Source: Candidatus Thermofontivivens primus (GTDB lineage: Bacteria > Sysuimicrobiota > Sysuimicrobiia > Sysuimicrobiales > Thermofontiviventaceae). From it: 45,332 nt of DNA. Every line of letters starts with the position of its first letter. The stretch's first letter is position 1. Shown here piece by piece: positions 1 through 8,289 of this stretch. The notes below the pieces were generated by a model. That model did not search any database and was not told the origin of the DNA. It worked only from the letters and a program-made list of their open reading frames with translations. The translations under genes and the position numbers were made by a program. Location: positions 1 to 45,332 of the forward strand of contig JAVKJW010000018.1 in the NCBI GenBank assembly GCA_031458695.1, in the 5' to 3' direction.

Positions 1-113
1 GTCGCCAAACACTGGGTGATCGCCGCCGTCAATGTCGTCTTCCCATGGTCCACGTGCCCAATGGTCCCTACGTTCACGTGTGGCTTGATCCGCTCAAATT
101 TCGGCTTCGCCAT
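1..113 (-). CDS. tuf: Elongation factor Tu, N-terminal fragment (runs off the left edge)
   Basis: Manual translation of the minus strand from ATG at 113 gives [33 protein letters not shown], the EF-Tu P-loop. RBS AGGGGGAGG lies upstream. The ORF is absent from the track. Confidence 0.97.
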   Translation of the reverse strand, partial: MAKPKFERIKPHVNVGTIGHVDHGKTTLTAAITQCLA

Positions 114-144
114 GGTCTACCTCCCCCTACACTTACATTCCTCC

Positions 145-240
145 CTTGGGATCTTTGGGGTTCTCGGGGTTTGTTGCCTGGGCAGGCTGTCAGGCCAAGA
201 CGCGCTGCATCAGTTGGGCCATTCAACCCGATGACCCCGG
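145..240. repeat. Degenerate 9-bp tandem-repeat arms in the tRNA-Thr/tuf spacer
   Basis: CTTGGGATC-TTTGGGGTT-CTCGGGGTT at 145-171. An opposite-sense arm AACCCGATGACCCCG at ~225-239 resembles the arm at 41406-41443. Confidence 0.45.
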
Positions 241-244
241 GTCC

Positions 245-320
245 TGGAGCCCACGACCGGACTCGAACCGGCGACCTTGTCCTTACCAAGGACACGCTCT
301 ACCTCCTGAGCTACGTGGGC
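245..320 (-). tRNA. tRNA-Thr (GGT)
   Basis: Cloverleaf GCCCACG...TGTCC-TT-GGT-AA-GGACA...GGTTCGAGTCC...CGTGGGC-T-CCA with encoded CCA. Confidence 0.97.
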
Positions 321-333
321 CCGGGCCATTCTG

Positions 334-362
334 GTTATACCAGAAAGGCCAGGGACCGTCAA
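334..362 (-). promoter_or_regulatory. Sigma70-type promoter for tRNA-Thr/tuf
   Basis: TTGACG-N17-TATAAC on the minus strand, 13 nt upstream of tRNA-Thr. Confidence 0.8.
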
Positions 363-454
363 GCCAAGGGAAGGAAATCGTAGATACCAATGCAGGAGCG
401 CGGCCCACCTTCGACGAAGGTTTCTCCTGAAGTCCGGGAAGGAGGGATAGTACA

Positions 455-520
455 ATGGATTGGCTGACGTGGCTCGTGTTGCTGGCACTGATTTGGTTCC
501 TCTTCTTCAGGCAGGCCTGA
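455..520 (+). CDS. Putative 21-aa single-pass membrane peptide MDWLTWLVLLALIWFLFFRQA
   Basis: Strong SD AAGGAGG (439-445) precedes ATG 455. The peptide has a continuous hydrophobic core and is followed by a hairpin. It is below the size cutoff of the ORF track. Confidence 0.6.
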   Translation: MDWLTWLVLLALIWFLFFRQA

Positions 521-544
521 ACGACCCTTCCATCCTGGCAGATG

Positions 545-575
545 GGGTGCTCCTACGAAAGGAGCACCCTTCTTC
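545..575 (+). terminator. Stem-loop, probable terminator (small ORF and/or convergent tRNA operon)
   Basis: GGGTGCTCCT-ACGAA-AGGAGCACCC forms a perfect 10-bp stem, followed by TTCTTC. Confidence 0.6.
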
Positions 576-619
576 ATCCCTTCAAGACCCCTCCTTTCAA
601 CCTGTTGGAGTCGCTAAGG

Positions 620-708
620 TGGTAGGCGGGGTGGGAGTCGAACCCACATGGGGCTTCGGCCCCAGCGGATTTTAAGTCCGCCGCGTCTACCGGTTCCGCC
701 ACCCGCCC
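620..708 (-). tRNA. tRNA-Leu (TAA)
   Basis: GGGCGGG...GCGGA-CT-TAA-AA-TCCGC, long variable arm, GGTTCGACTCC, A-CCA end. Confidence 0.96.
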
Positions 709-769
709 AGGAGCGTTTTCAGTGGGGATCCTGAGACCATCCACGCTGGGTCGCAAGGCCAATGAAAAA

Positions 770-844
770 TGGAGGCGACGCCCGGATTCGAACCGGGGAA
801 TGGGGGTTTTGCAGACCCCTGCCTTGCCGCTTGGCTACGTCGCC
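770..844 (-). tRNA. tRNA-Cys (GCA)
   Basis: GGCGACG...GGGGT-CT-GCA-AA-ACCCC...GGTTCGAATCC...CGTCGCC-T-CCA with U73 discriminator. Confidence 0.97.
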
Positions 845-886
845 CCCATCATCACATCCATGGAATCTCCTCAAAACCCTAGCGGC

Positions 887-1204
887 CCGATCCCTATGGT
901 CCAGAATCAAAATCTGGAGCGGGAGACGGGACTTGAACCCGCGGCCGTCGCTCGCTTGCGCTCGCTCCTCATGGGGCTTCGCTTGCCACCCCAGCACATT
1001 TCGTTTTGCTGGGGCCCCGGCAGATCACTCGCCCCTCTGACGGGATCGCTCCGCGATCCCTGTCACCCCATTCGGTCCAGTGGGGAGTTCCTCCCCACGA
1101 CCCCTCAGGTCGCAGGTTCGTATTCTCCCACACCGAACATCCGATGTCCGATCCCTATGGTCCAGAATCAAAATCTGGAGCGGGAGACGGGACTTGAACC
1201 CGCG
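887..1204. repeat. 57-bp exact direct repeat (887-943 = 1148-1204) flanking a 204-bp highly palindromic insert
   Basis: CCGATCCCTATGGTCCAGAATCAAAATCTGGAGCGGGAGACGGGACTTGAACCCGCG occurs twice. It comprises the last 29 nt of tRNA-Gly plus 28 nt of 3' trailer. Confidence 0.92.
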
Positions 1205-1250
1205 ACCTTCTCCTTGGCAAGGAGACGCTCTACCTCTGAGCTACTCCCGC
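1176..1250 (-). tRNA. tRNA-Gly (GCC)
   Basis: GCGGGAG...TCTCC-TT-GCC-AA-GGAGA...GGTTCAAGTCC...CTCCCGC-T-CCA. Confidence 0.97.
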
Positions 1251-1262
1251 ACCTACCTTTGA

Positions 1263-1290
1263 ATTATAGCAAAGGGGGGGTGGGTGTCAA
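1263..1290 (-). promoter_or_regulatory. Consensus sigma70 promoter of the tRNA-Gly/Cys/Leu operon
   Basis: TTGACA-N16-TATAAT on the minus strand, 12 nt upstream of tRNA-Gly. Confidence 0.88.
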
Positions 1291-1310
1291 CGCGAAGGGC
1301 CTGGGAGGGC

Positions 1311-1880
1311 TTAGCGTTCCCTTTGGATGTTGATGAGGCTGAAAAACTCCGCCCTGGTCCTGGCGTCGTCCCGAAAGAGGCCACGGTTGGCCGATGTCAC
1401 GACCTTGCTCCCAGGTTTTTTGATCCCCCGCATGGTGAGGCAAAGGTGTTCCGCCTCGATGACCACTGCAGCCCCCCGCGCCTGTAACCCCTCCATGATG
1501 AGGTCTGCGATCTGCGAGGTGAGCCGTTCCTGGACTTGCGGGCGCCTGGCCATGATCTCCACAAGGCGGGCGAGCTTGCTGATCCCCACAATCCGGCCGT
1601 CTGGGATATACCCAACGTGGGCCACCCCGTGGAAGGGAAGGAAATGGTGCTCGCAGAGGGAGTAAAAGGGGATGTCCTTCACGATAACCATCTCCTTGTG
1701 GTTCTCCTCATCGAACCCCACGGTGAGCAACTCCAGGGGATCTTCCCGGAGGCCGCTGAAGAGCTCCGCATACATATCTGCGATCCTCCTTGGGGTATCT
1801 ACCAGCCCTTCCCGCTCTGGATCCTCCCCGATAGCCTCGATGATCATGCGCACCGCACGCTCAATTGCCGGTTTATCCAT
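1311..1880 (-). CDS. folE: GTP cyclohydrolase I
   Basis: Motifs [34 protein letters not shown] and HLCLTMRG. Start MDKPA at 1880 is preferred over the track start at 1901 because GGGGGTG lies upstream. Confidence 0.96.
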   Translation of the reverse strand: MDKPAIERAVRMIIEAIGEDPEREGLVDTPRRIADMYAELFSGLREDPLELLTVGFDEENHKEMVIVKDIPFYSLCEHHFLPFHGVAHVGYIPDGRIVGISKLARLVEIMARRPQVQERLTSQIADLIMEGLQARGAAVVIEAEHLCLTMRGIKKPGSKVVTSANRGLFRDDARTRAEFFSLINIQRER

Positions 1881-1905
1881 CCCGATCACCCCCAGCCGCA
1901 TGCAC

Positions 1906-3141
1906 CTATGGTGGGTGTTGCACCCATGAAGAACGTTGCTCGGAAATTCCTCCCTGACGCTGGCGAGGGAACCCTAGGATCGCTTCCATCATCCGAACAA
2001 GACGTGCCATGAACTGCACATCGTGAGTCCTGACGAGGTTTGCTCCCTGGCTGACACCATAGGCCACGGCGGCCGCAGTCCCTTCCAGGAGCTCCCCGTC
2101 GGGAAGTCCCAGAACTTCCCGGATGTAGGTCTTGCGGGAGGTCGCCAGGTAGATAGGGTACCCAAGGCTCCGGAACTCTCCCAGCCGGCGCAAGATCTCC
2201 AGGTCGTGGTGGACCTGCTTCCCCAGGCTGAAACCGGGATCGACGATCAGGCGCGTTCGCTTGACCCCCATCCGCGCGGCCATCTCGGTGCGTTCCCATA
2301 AGAAGCGGTACACTTCATCCATCAGGCAGTGGTACCTTGGGTTGGGGTTATCCACCTTGATGCGTCCCTGGATGTGGGTGACCACAAGTCCGCTTCCCGA
2401 GTCCCGCGCCACCTCGGCCATTCGGGGATCAGCAAGGCCACTGGGGTCGTTGATGATCACCGCTCCCGCTTCTACCGCCCTCCGCGCCACCTCCGGTTTG
2501 AATGTGTCCACGGCGATGGGGACAGGTAGCCGCGCGGAGAGCACTTCGATCACTGGGACGACGCGGCGGATTTCTTCTTCCACTGAGATCGGCGGCTCGG
2601 CAGGCCGGAGTGTTTCTCCTCCGACCTCCACGATGTCGGCCCCCTCCTTCACCATCTCCTCCGCCCGCGCAAGAGCCCTGTCCTGGGAAAAGTACTTTCC
2701 CTGATCATAAAAAGAGTTCGGGGTAACGTTCAGGATCCCGACGATGTACACGCGCCTGGAGAAGTCCAGCCGAAACTCCCCCACCTCAAGGGGTGACGGG
2801 GGATTGAAATAGCCCTCTAGCGCCCGGTGGAGCGCCCTAGCCCCATCGGCTCCCTCCAACGCACCCTCCAAGGAGGAAAACTCCTCTCGTGAGCCCCCTC
2901 CTAAGATGTCCACGCTTTCCTCCCCCTCACGCGCAAAAACGAGGATCCCCCGCGACTCCAGGACAGACTGGATCGCTTCCGCCTGCGAACGGGGAACGCC
3001 GATGAGTTTGGTCCACACCGTGACCCCGCGGCCCTCAGCCTTCTCCAGTGCTGAAGGAGGAAGGCCCATCTCACGGAACACTTGGCGCCGGTCCCGAGGA
3101 TGGTCCAGTACGAGCACACGGGCGCTGAGGCCAGCCATCAC
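1906..3141 (-). CDS. folP: Dihydropteroate synthase with ~120-aa N-terminal extension
   Basis: [29 protein letters not shown] and RTHDV motifs; adjacent to folE. Confidence 0.92.
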   Translation of the reverse strand: MMAGLSARVLVLDHPRDRRQVFREMGLPPSALEKAEGRGVTVWTKLIGVPRSQAEAIQSVLESRGILVFAREGEESVDILGGGSREEFSSLEGALEGADGARALHRALEGYFNPPSPLEVGEFRLDFSRRVYIVGILNVTPNSFYDQGKYFSQDRALARAEEMVKEGADIVEVGGETLRPAEPPISVEEEIRRVVPVIEVLSARLPVPIAVDTFKPEVARRAVEAGAVIINDPSGLADPRMAEVARDSGSGLVVTHIQGRIKVDNPNPRYHCLMDEVYRFLWERTEMAARMGVKRTRLIVDPGFSLGKQVHHDLEILRRLGEFRSLGYPIYLATSRKTYIREVLGLPDGELLEGTAAAVAYGVSQGANLVRTHDVQFMARLVRMMEAILGFPRQRQGGISEQRSSWVQHPP

Positions 3142-3182
3142 ACCACCTTCTCTCTCCCACCAGGGGTGATTAGAGCAATTAT

Positions 3183-3210
3183 ATTATAAGGATCTTGCAA
3201 AAGGGGGCAA
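3183..3210 (-). promoter_or_regulatory. Probable sigma70 promoter for folP-folE
   Basis: TTGCCC-N16-TATAAT on the minus strand, with a second overlapping TATAAT at 3178-3183. Confidence 0.55.
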
Positions 3211-3218
3211 GCTCCTTC

Positions 3219-5153
3219 TCAGGAATCCTGTACAGCGCTCTGGCCCTGTAAGTAGGCGACGATCCTCTCCGCGACCTTTGGCCCGACCACGCTGGCGATC
3301 TCTTCCAGGCTGGCCTCGCGGATGCGTTGGACGGAGCCGAAACGCCGGATGAGATCGCGTTTTCGCTTCTCGCCAATCCCGGGGATCTCGTCCAGGACCG
3401 AGAAGACGATGCGCCGCGCCCGGAGCTTTTGGTGGTAGGCGTTGGCAAACCGGTGGGCCTCGTCGCGCAGCCGCTGGAGAAGACGCAGGGCATGGGAGTC
3501 ACGTGGGAGGGCGATGGGATCGCTACGATCCTTTGTGAAGATGAGCTCCTCGCGCTTGGCCAGCCCAATAGCGGGGACATTGACGTTGTACTCGAAGAGC
3601 ACCTCCAGGGTAGCGTGAAGCTGTCCTTTCCCCCCATCCACGACGATGAGGTCGGGGAGAATCGCCCACTTCGGCTGGATTGGTTCGCCCCGGTCGAGTT
3701 TCTCCTGCTCCTCCCGTGCCCGGGCAAACCGCCTGCGCAGGACCTCCTGGATCATGGCGTAGTCGTCTGGACCCTCGGTGTATTTGATGGCAAAGCGCCG
3801 GTAATCCGCTTTCTTGGGCTTTCCTCCTTCAAACACCACCATGGAGCCTACGGACTCGCCGGCCTGGAAGTGGGAGATGTCGTACCCCTCGATGCGGAAG
3901 GGAGGAGTCTCCAGGCCGAGGATCTCCTGGAGTTCCCGGACAGAGAGCCCTTCGAGTCCTTCCAGCCTAGCCCGCTCCTGGCTTAGGAAGAAGGTAGCAT
4001 TCTCTGAAGCCATCTCCACCAGCCGGCGCTTTTCCCCGCGGTGCGGGACAACCACTTTGACCTTCCTCCCAGCTCGCTGCGAAAGCCACTGGGCGATGAC
4101 CTCCTGGTCGTCGATCTCCTCGGGGAGCAAGACCTCCTCGGGGAGGGACGTTGCCGATTCATAGTACTGCTTGGCGAAGGCGGAAAGGATCTCGCGTGAT
4201 GGGACCCCTCGGGCACCGTCCAGGAGGAAATGGTCCTGGCCCACGAGCTTCCCCGCTCGGATGTAGAACATCTGGACGCATGCCCGGTCGCCACTCTGAG
4301 CCATTCCGAGGACATCCCGATCCTCCAGACCAGTAGAGGCGACTCTCTGCTTGGCAAAGATTGCCTCGAGCGCCTGGATCTGGTCCCTGAGCTGGGCGGC
4401 CCGCTCGAACTCCAAGCGCTCTGCGGCTTCGTGCATCTGTGCCTTGAGCTCCTCGATGAGATGCTCCTGTTTGCCCTGGAGGAAGAGAACGGCTTGCTCC
4501 ACCTGCCTGCGGTACTCCTCCTCGGTCGCGCCCCAGGGGACACAGGGGGCGGTGCACTGGCCGATGGAGTAGTCGAGACACGGCCGAGGGAGATCCCGGG
4601 TGATCTCAATGTTGCAGGAGCGCAACTTGAACAGCTTCCGGACCAACCGAATGGAGCGGCCGACGAGTTTGGGTTCATGGTAAGGATAAGGGCCAAAGTA
4701 GTGCGCGCCGTCTTGGAGGACCCTGCGGGTCATGACCACTTTGGGGTACTTCTCGTTGGTGATCTTCAGGTAGGGGTAAGCCTTGTCGTCGGCCATGCGG
4801 ACGTTGTAGAATGGGCGGTGACGCTTGATCAGGTTGGCCTCCAGGATGAGTGCTTCGACCTCGTTGTCGCAGGTCACGTATTCGAAGTCCTTGATCTTCG
4901 TCATGAGGTGGCGGATGCGCGGGCTCTCTACAGAGAGGGGGCTCTGGAAGTACTGGCGAACACGGTTGCGCAGGGAGGCCGCTTTCCCGACGTAGATCAC
5001 CTTCCCACTTCCGTCCCGCAGGAGGTAGACCCCCGGCTTCTGGGGAAGGAGCTTGAGCTTCTCCACGAGCTGGTTATCCTTCCTCTGGGTGAGCACTCGG
5101 CCTTCCTCCTCTAACGTTACCCCGTCACCTGTCCCCCTGTCATTCCCTTTCAT
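3219..5153 (-). CDS. uvrC: Excinuclease ABC subunit C
   Basis: GIY-YIG region (PGVYLL..IYVGKA..LRNRVRQYF), Cys cluster, UVR domain, RIEGYDISH, DGGKGQ and HhH IPGIG. The start is uncertain: 5153 (ATG) or 5096 (GTG); the track start 5240 is probably too long. Confidence 0.96.
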   Translation of the reverse strand: MKGNDRGTGDGVTLEEEGRVLTQRKDNQLVEKLKLLPQKPGVYLLRDGSGKVIYVGKAASLRNRVRQYFQSPLSVESPRIRHLMTKIKDFEYVTCDNEVEALILEANLIKRHRPFYNVRMADDKAYPYLKITNEKYPKVVMTRRVLQDGAHYFGPYPYHEPKLVGRSIRLVRKLFKLRSCNIEITRDLPRPCLDYSIGQCTAPCVPWGATEEEYRRQVEQAVLFLQGKQEHLIEELKAQMHEAAERLEFERAAQLRDQIQALEAIFAKQRVASTGLEDRDVLGMAQSGDRACVQMFYIRAGKLVGQDHFLLDGARGVPSREILSAFAKQYYESATSLPEEVLLPEEIDDQEVIAQWLSQRAGRKVKVVVPHRGEKRRLVEMASENATFFLSQERARLEGLEGLSVRELQEILGLETPPFRIEGYDISHFQAGESVGSMVVFEGGKPKKADYRRFAIKYTEGPDDYAMIQEVLRRRFARAREEQEKLDRGEPIQPKWAILPDLIVVDGGKGQLHATLEVLFEYNVNVPAIGLAKREELIFTKDRSDPIALPRDSHALRLLQRLRDEAHRFANAYHQKLRARRIVFSVLDEIPGIGEKRKRDLIRRFGSVQRIREASLEEIASVVGPKVAERIVAYLQGQSAVQDS

Positions 5154-5255
5154 TTCCCCCACCTGCTCCTCAGGTTGTGGCAAAGGTCTTTTGACTTTGA
5201 CACAGGCTTCTCTCCCTTGTATAGGAGGGGACGCTCTCAAAACGATTGTGGGACG

Positions 5256-8171
5256 TTACTTTCGTCTGCTCCCCGGAGTAGCCACCAGCGCCTTCCCCAT
5301 CTTATTATTTCTCTGGACGGAGGCAAGCGCTTCCTGTGGGAGGACCTTCCGAAGGAACTGCCCAGTGTAGGAGTGGTCCATGAGGGCGACCTCCTCCGGC
5401 GTCCCTTCGGCGATGACGTACCCACCGAGGTCGCCTCCTTCAGGGCCCAGATCGATGATCCAGTCTGCCGTCTTAATGACATCGAGGTTGTGCTCGATGA
5501 CCACCACGGTGTTCCCTGCATCCACGAGCCGGTGCAGCACATTGAGGAGGCGCTCGACGTCATAGAAGTGCAGGCCCACCGTAGGTTCATCGAGAATGTA
5601 AAGGGTACGCCCTGTGTCCCTCCTGGAGAGCTCTGCGGCAAGCTTCACCCGCTGCGCCTCCCCGCCCGAGAGGGTGGTGGCGGGCTGCCCAAGTTTGATA
5701 TATCCCAGCCCCACGTCATAGAGGGTCTGTAGCTTGCGGCGGATCGCCGGGATGTGCGCGAAGAACTCCAGAGCCTCTTCCACGGACATATCCAGGACGT
5801 CGGCGATGTTTTTCCCACGGTAGCGGACCTCCAGGGTCTCCCGGTTATACCGCTTCCCCTTGCAGACCTCACAGGGAACGTACACGTCAGGGAGGAAGTG
5901 CATCTCGATGCGTACGATTCCATCGCCCTCACAGGCTTCACACCGGCCTCCGCGCACGTTAAAGGAGAAGCGACCGGGCTTGTACCCGCGCATCCTTGCT
6001 TCCGGGAGCTGGCTGAAGAGGTCCCGGATAAGGTCGAAGGTCTTCGTGTAGGTGGCCGGGTTGCTCCGGGGTGTCCGTCCAATGGGAGACTGATCGATGT
6101 TGATGACCTTGTCAATGTACTCCAGCCCCTCAATGCCGTCATGGGCCCCGGGCTTGAGCCGGGCGCCATGGAGCTTCGCGGCCACGGCCCGATACAGGAT
6201 CTCATCGATGAGGGTGGACTTGCCAGAGCCGGAGACGCCTGTGACACACACGAACACCCCCAGTGGGATGGCTACGTCGATCCCTTTCAGATTGTGTTCC
6301 CTGGCCCCCCGGATGACCAGGAACTGCCCATTCAATGGCCTGCGCCTTTGCGGAACAGGGATCTTCCGCTTCCCCGAGAGGTACTGGCCGGTGATGGACT
6401 CAGGGGTGTTGATCACGTCCTGGAGGGTCCCGGAGACCACGACCTGACCCCCATGGGCACCTGCACCGGGCCCGATGTCCACGATCCAGTCGGCAGAACG
6501 GATGGTCTCCTCGTCGTGCTCTACAACGATAATGGTGTTGCCGAGGTCCCGGAGCTGCAAGAGGGTGTTGATGAGGCGGCGGTTGTCCCTCTGGTGGAGG
6601 CCGATGCTGGGCTCGTCCAGGATGTAGAGGACACCCATAAGGCCGGAGCCGATCTGGGTAGCCAGACGGATCCGCTGCGCCTCCCCGCCCGAGAGGGTAG
6701 TGGCCGTGCGGTCCAGGGTCAGGTAGTCGAGCCCCACGTTCACCAGGAATCCTAATCGGGCCTTGATCTCCTTGAGGACCTGGCCAGCGATGAGCATCTC
6801 ACGCTCGCTGACCTGGAGGTTCTCGAAGAACTCTTTGGCCTGTCGGACGGTGAGGGCGGTCACCTCAGCAATGGACTTCCCCCCTACCTTCACCGCCAGG
6901 CTCTCCGGCCGGAGCCTCGCACCCTTGCACGCCGGGCAGGGCAAGGTAGTCATGTACTGCTCCAGTTCCTCCCGCATGTACTCGGACTCCGTCTCCTTGT
7001 ACCGCCTCTCCAGGTAGTTGATGACGCCCTCAAAATAGGTGTCGTAGACGCGCAGGCTCCCCCACCGGTTGTGGTAACGCACGCGGATGAGCTCGTCCGA
7101 CCCATACAGGAGGATCTGGAGGAACGATTTGGGTAGCTTCTTGAGGGGAGCTCGCATGTCCACGCCATAATGGTCAGCGAGGGAGCGCAGCAGTTCGTAG
7201 TAGTACTCGCTTGTAGAGCTCGCCCACGGGACGACTGCCCCGTCCATGAGCGACTTATCCCAATCCAGCACCAGGTCCGGATCGAACTCCTGCTTAAACC
7301 CCAGACCGGAGCAAGCTTGGCAGGCACCATAGGGACTGTTGAAGGAGAAGATCCTCGGCTCGATCTCTGGGAGGCTCACCCCACAATCCGGACAGGCAAA
7401 GTTCTGGCTGAACACCATGAGGGTGGGCTTGGACGACTTCCCTTCCACGTCTGGGAGAACCTCGATATAGACGATTCCCTGCCCGAGCTTCAGGGCGGTC
7501 TCCGTGGAGTCCGCGAGGCGGGAGCGGATGTCGGGACGGGTGACGATGCGGTCCACCACCACCTCGATGTCGTGTTTCTTGTTCTTGTCGAGGGGGATCT
7601 CCTCTCCAAGATCGTAGATCACCCCATCCACCCGCACCCGCACGAACCCCTGCTTGCGGAGATCTTCAAAGAGCTGGCGGTATTCCCCCTTCCGACCGCG
7701 GACAATGGGCCCCAGGACCTGGATGCGCGTGCCCTCGGGGAGACCCAAGACCTGGTCCACGATCTGCTCGGTGGTCTGCCGACTGATGGGCCTCCCGCAT
7801 TTGGTGCAGTGCGGGATCCCGATGCGCGCGAAGAGGAGGCGAAGGTAGTCGTAGATCTCCGTGACCGTTCCCACCGTGGAGCGAGGATTGCGCGGCGCAC
7901 CCTTCTGATCAATGGAGACCGCCGGGGAGAGCCCCTCGATGTAGTCCACATCCGGCTTCTCCATGAGCCCAAGGAACTGTCGGGCGTAGGCCGAGAGGGA
8001 CTCCACGTACTTCCGCTGGCCCTCGGCATAGATGGTGTCAAAAGCCAGGGAGGACTTTCCAGACCCCGAGATCCCCGTGAAGACCACGAACTTATCCCGA
8101 GGGATCTCCACGGTGATGTTCTTCAAATTGTGCTCCCGAGCACCTCGGACAATGATCCGGTCCAACGGCAT
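5256..8171 (-). CDS. uvrA: Excinuclease ABC subunit A
   Basis: GAREHNLK, two Walker A motifs ([16 protein letters not shown]), two LSGGEAQR signatures and zinc fingers. Confidence 0.99.
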   Translation of the reverse strand: MPLDRIIVRGAREHNLKNITVEIPRDKFVVFTGISGSGKSSLAFDTIYAEGQRKYVESLSAYARQFLGLMEKPDVDYIEGLSPAVSIDQKGAPRNPRSTVGTVTEIYDYLRLLFARIGIPHCTKCGRPISRQTTEQIVDQVLGLPEGTRIQVLGPIVRGRKGEYRQLFEDLRKQGFVRVRVDGVIYDLGEEIPLDKNKKHDIEVVVDRIVTRPDIRSRLADSTETALKLGQGIVYIEVLPDVEGKSSKPTLMVFSQNFACPDCGVSLPEIEPRIFSFNSPYGACQACSGLGFKQEFDPDLVLDWDKSLMDGAVVPWASSTSEYYYELLRSLADHYGVDMRAPLKKLPKSFLQILLYGSDELIRVRYHNRWGSLRVYDTYFEGVINYLERRYKETESEYMREELEQYMTTLPCPACKGARLRPESLAVKVGGKSIAEVTALTVRQAKEFFENLQVSEREMLIAGQVLKEIKARLGFLVNVGLDYLTLDRTATTLSGGEAQRIRLATQIGSGLMGVLYILDEPSIGLHQRDNRRLINTLLQLRDLGNTIIVVEHDEETIRSADWIVDIGPGAGAHGGQVVVSGTLQDVINTPESITGQYLSGKRKIPVPQRRRPLNGQFLVIRGAREHNLKGIDVAIPLGVFVCVTGVSGSGKSTLIDEILYRAVAAKLHGARLKPGAHDGIEGLEYIDKVINIDQSPIGRTPRSNPATYTKTFDLIRDLFSQLPEARMRGYKPGRFSFNVRGGRCEACEGDGIVRIEMHFLPDVYVPCEVCKGKRYNRETLEVRYRGKNIADVLDMSVEEALEFFAHIPAIRRKLQTLYDVGLGYIKLGQPATTLSGGEAQRVKLAAELSRRDTGRTLYILDEPTVGLHFYDVERLLNVLHRLVDAGNTVVVIEHNLDVIKTADWIIDLGPEGGDLGGYVIAEGTPEEVALMDHSYTGQFLRKVLPQEALASVQRNNKMGKALVATPGSRRK

Positions 8172-8289
8172 GGTCTCTCCCAGCTAGAACAAGACCGACA
8201 CGGTTTCCTCGCTGAAATGGCTTTGGTAGGACCTCGCTCTCTTGCGTTCGTTTTCCTGCAAGAGGAGGAGGCGAGTTCTTGCCTCGAAT

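Noticed and set aside
407..569. Guanidine-II (mini-ykkC) riboswitch suggested by ACGA-containing hairpins
   Set aside because: The two hairpins are ~130 nt apart on either side of the ORF, and their loops are not clean ACGR tetraloops.
518..625. Selenocysteine read-through of the small ORF's TGA
   Set aside because: The hairpin starts 24 nt downstream, looks like a terminator, and the extension has no redox-motif context.
887..943. A second tRNA-Gly gene or a prophage attachment site
   Set aside because: Only the 3' 29 nt are present, with no D or anticodon arm. No integrase or cargo lies between the repeats, so it is reported as a miniature element instead.
16..1333. ORF-track ORFs over the tuf/tRNA region (e.g. 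722-1333, 359-577)
   Set aside because: They overlap tRNA genes or are antisense to tuf. The repeated peptide PIPMVQNQNLERETGLEPA simply reflects the 57-bp DNA repeat.
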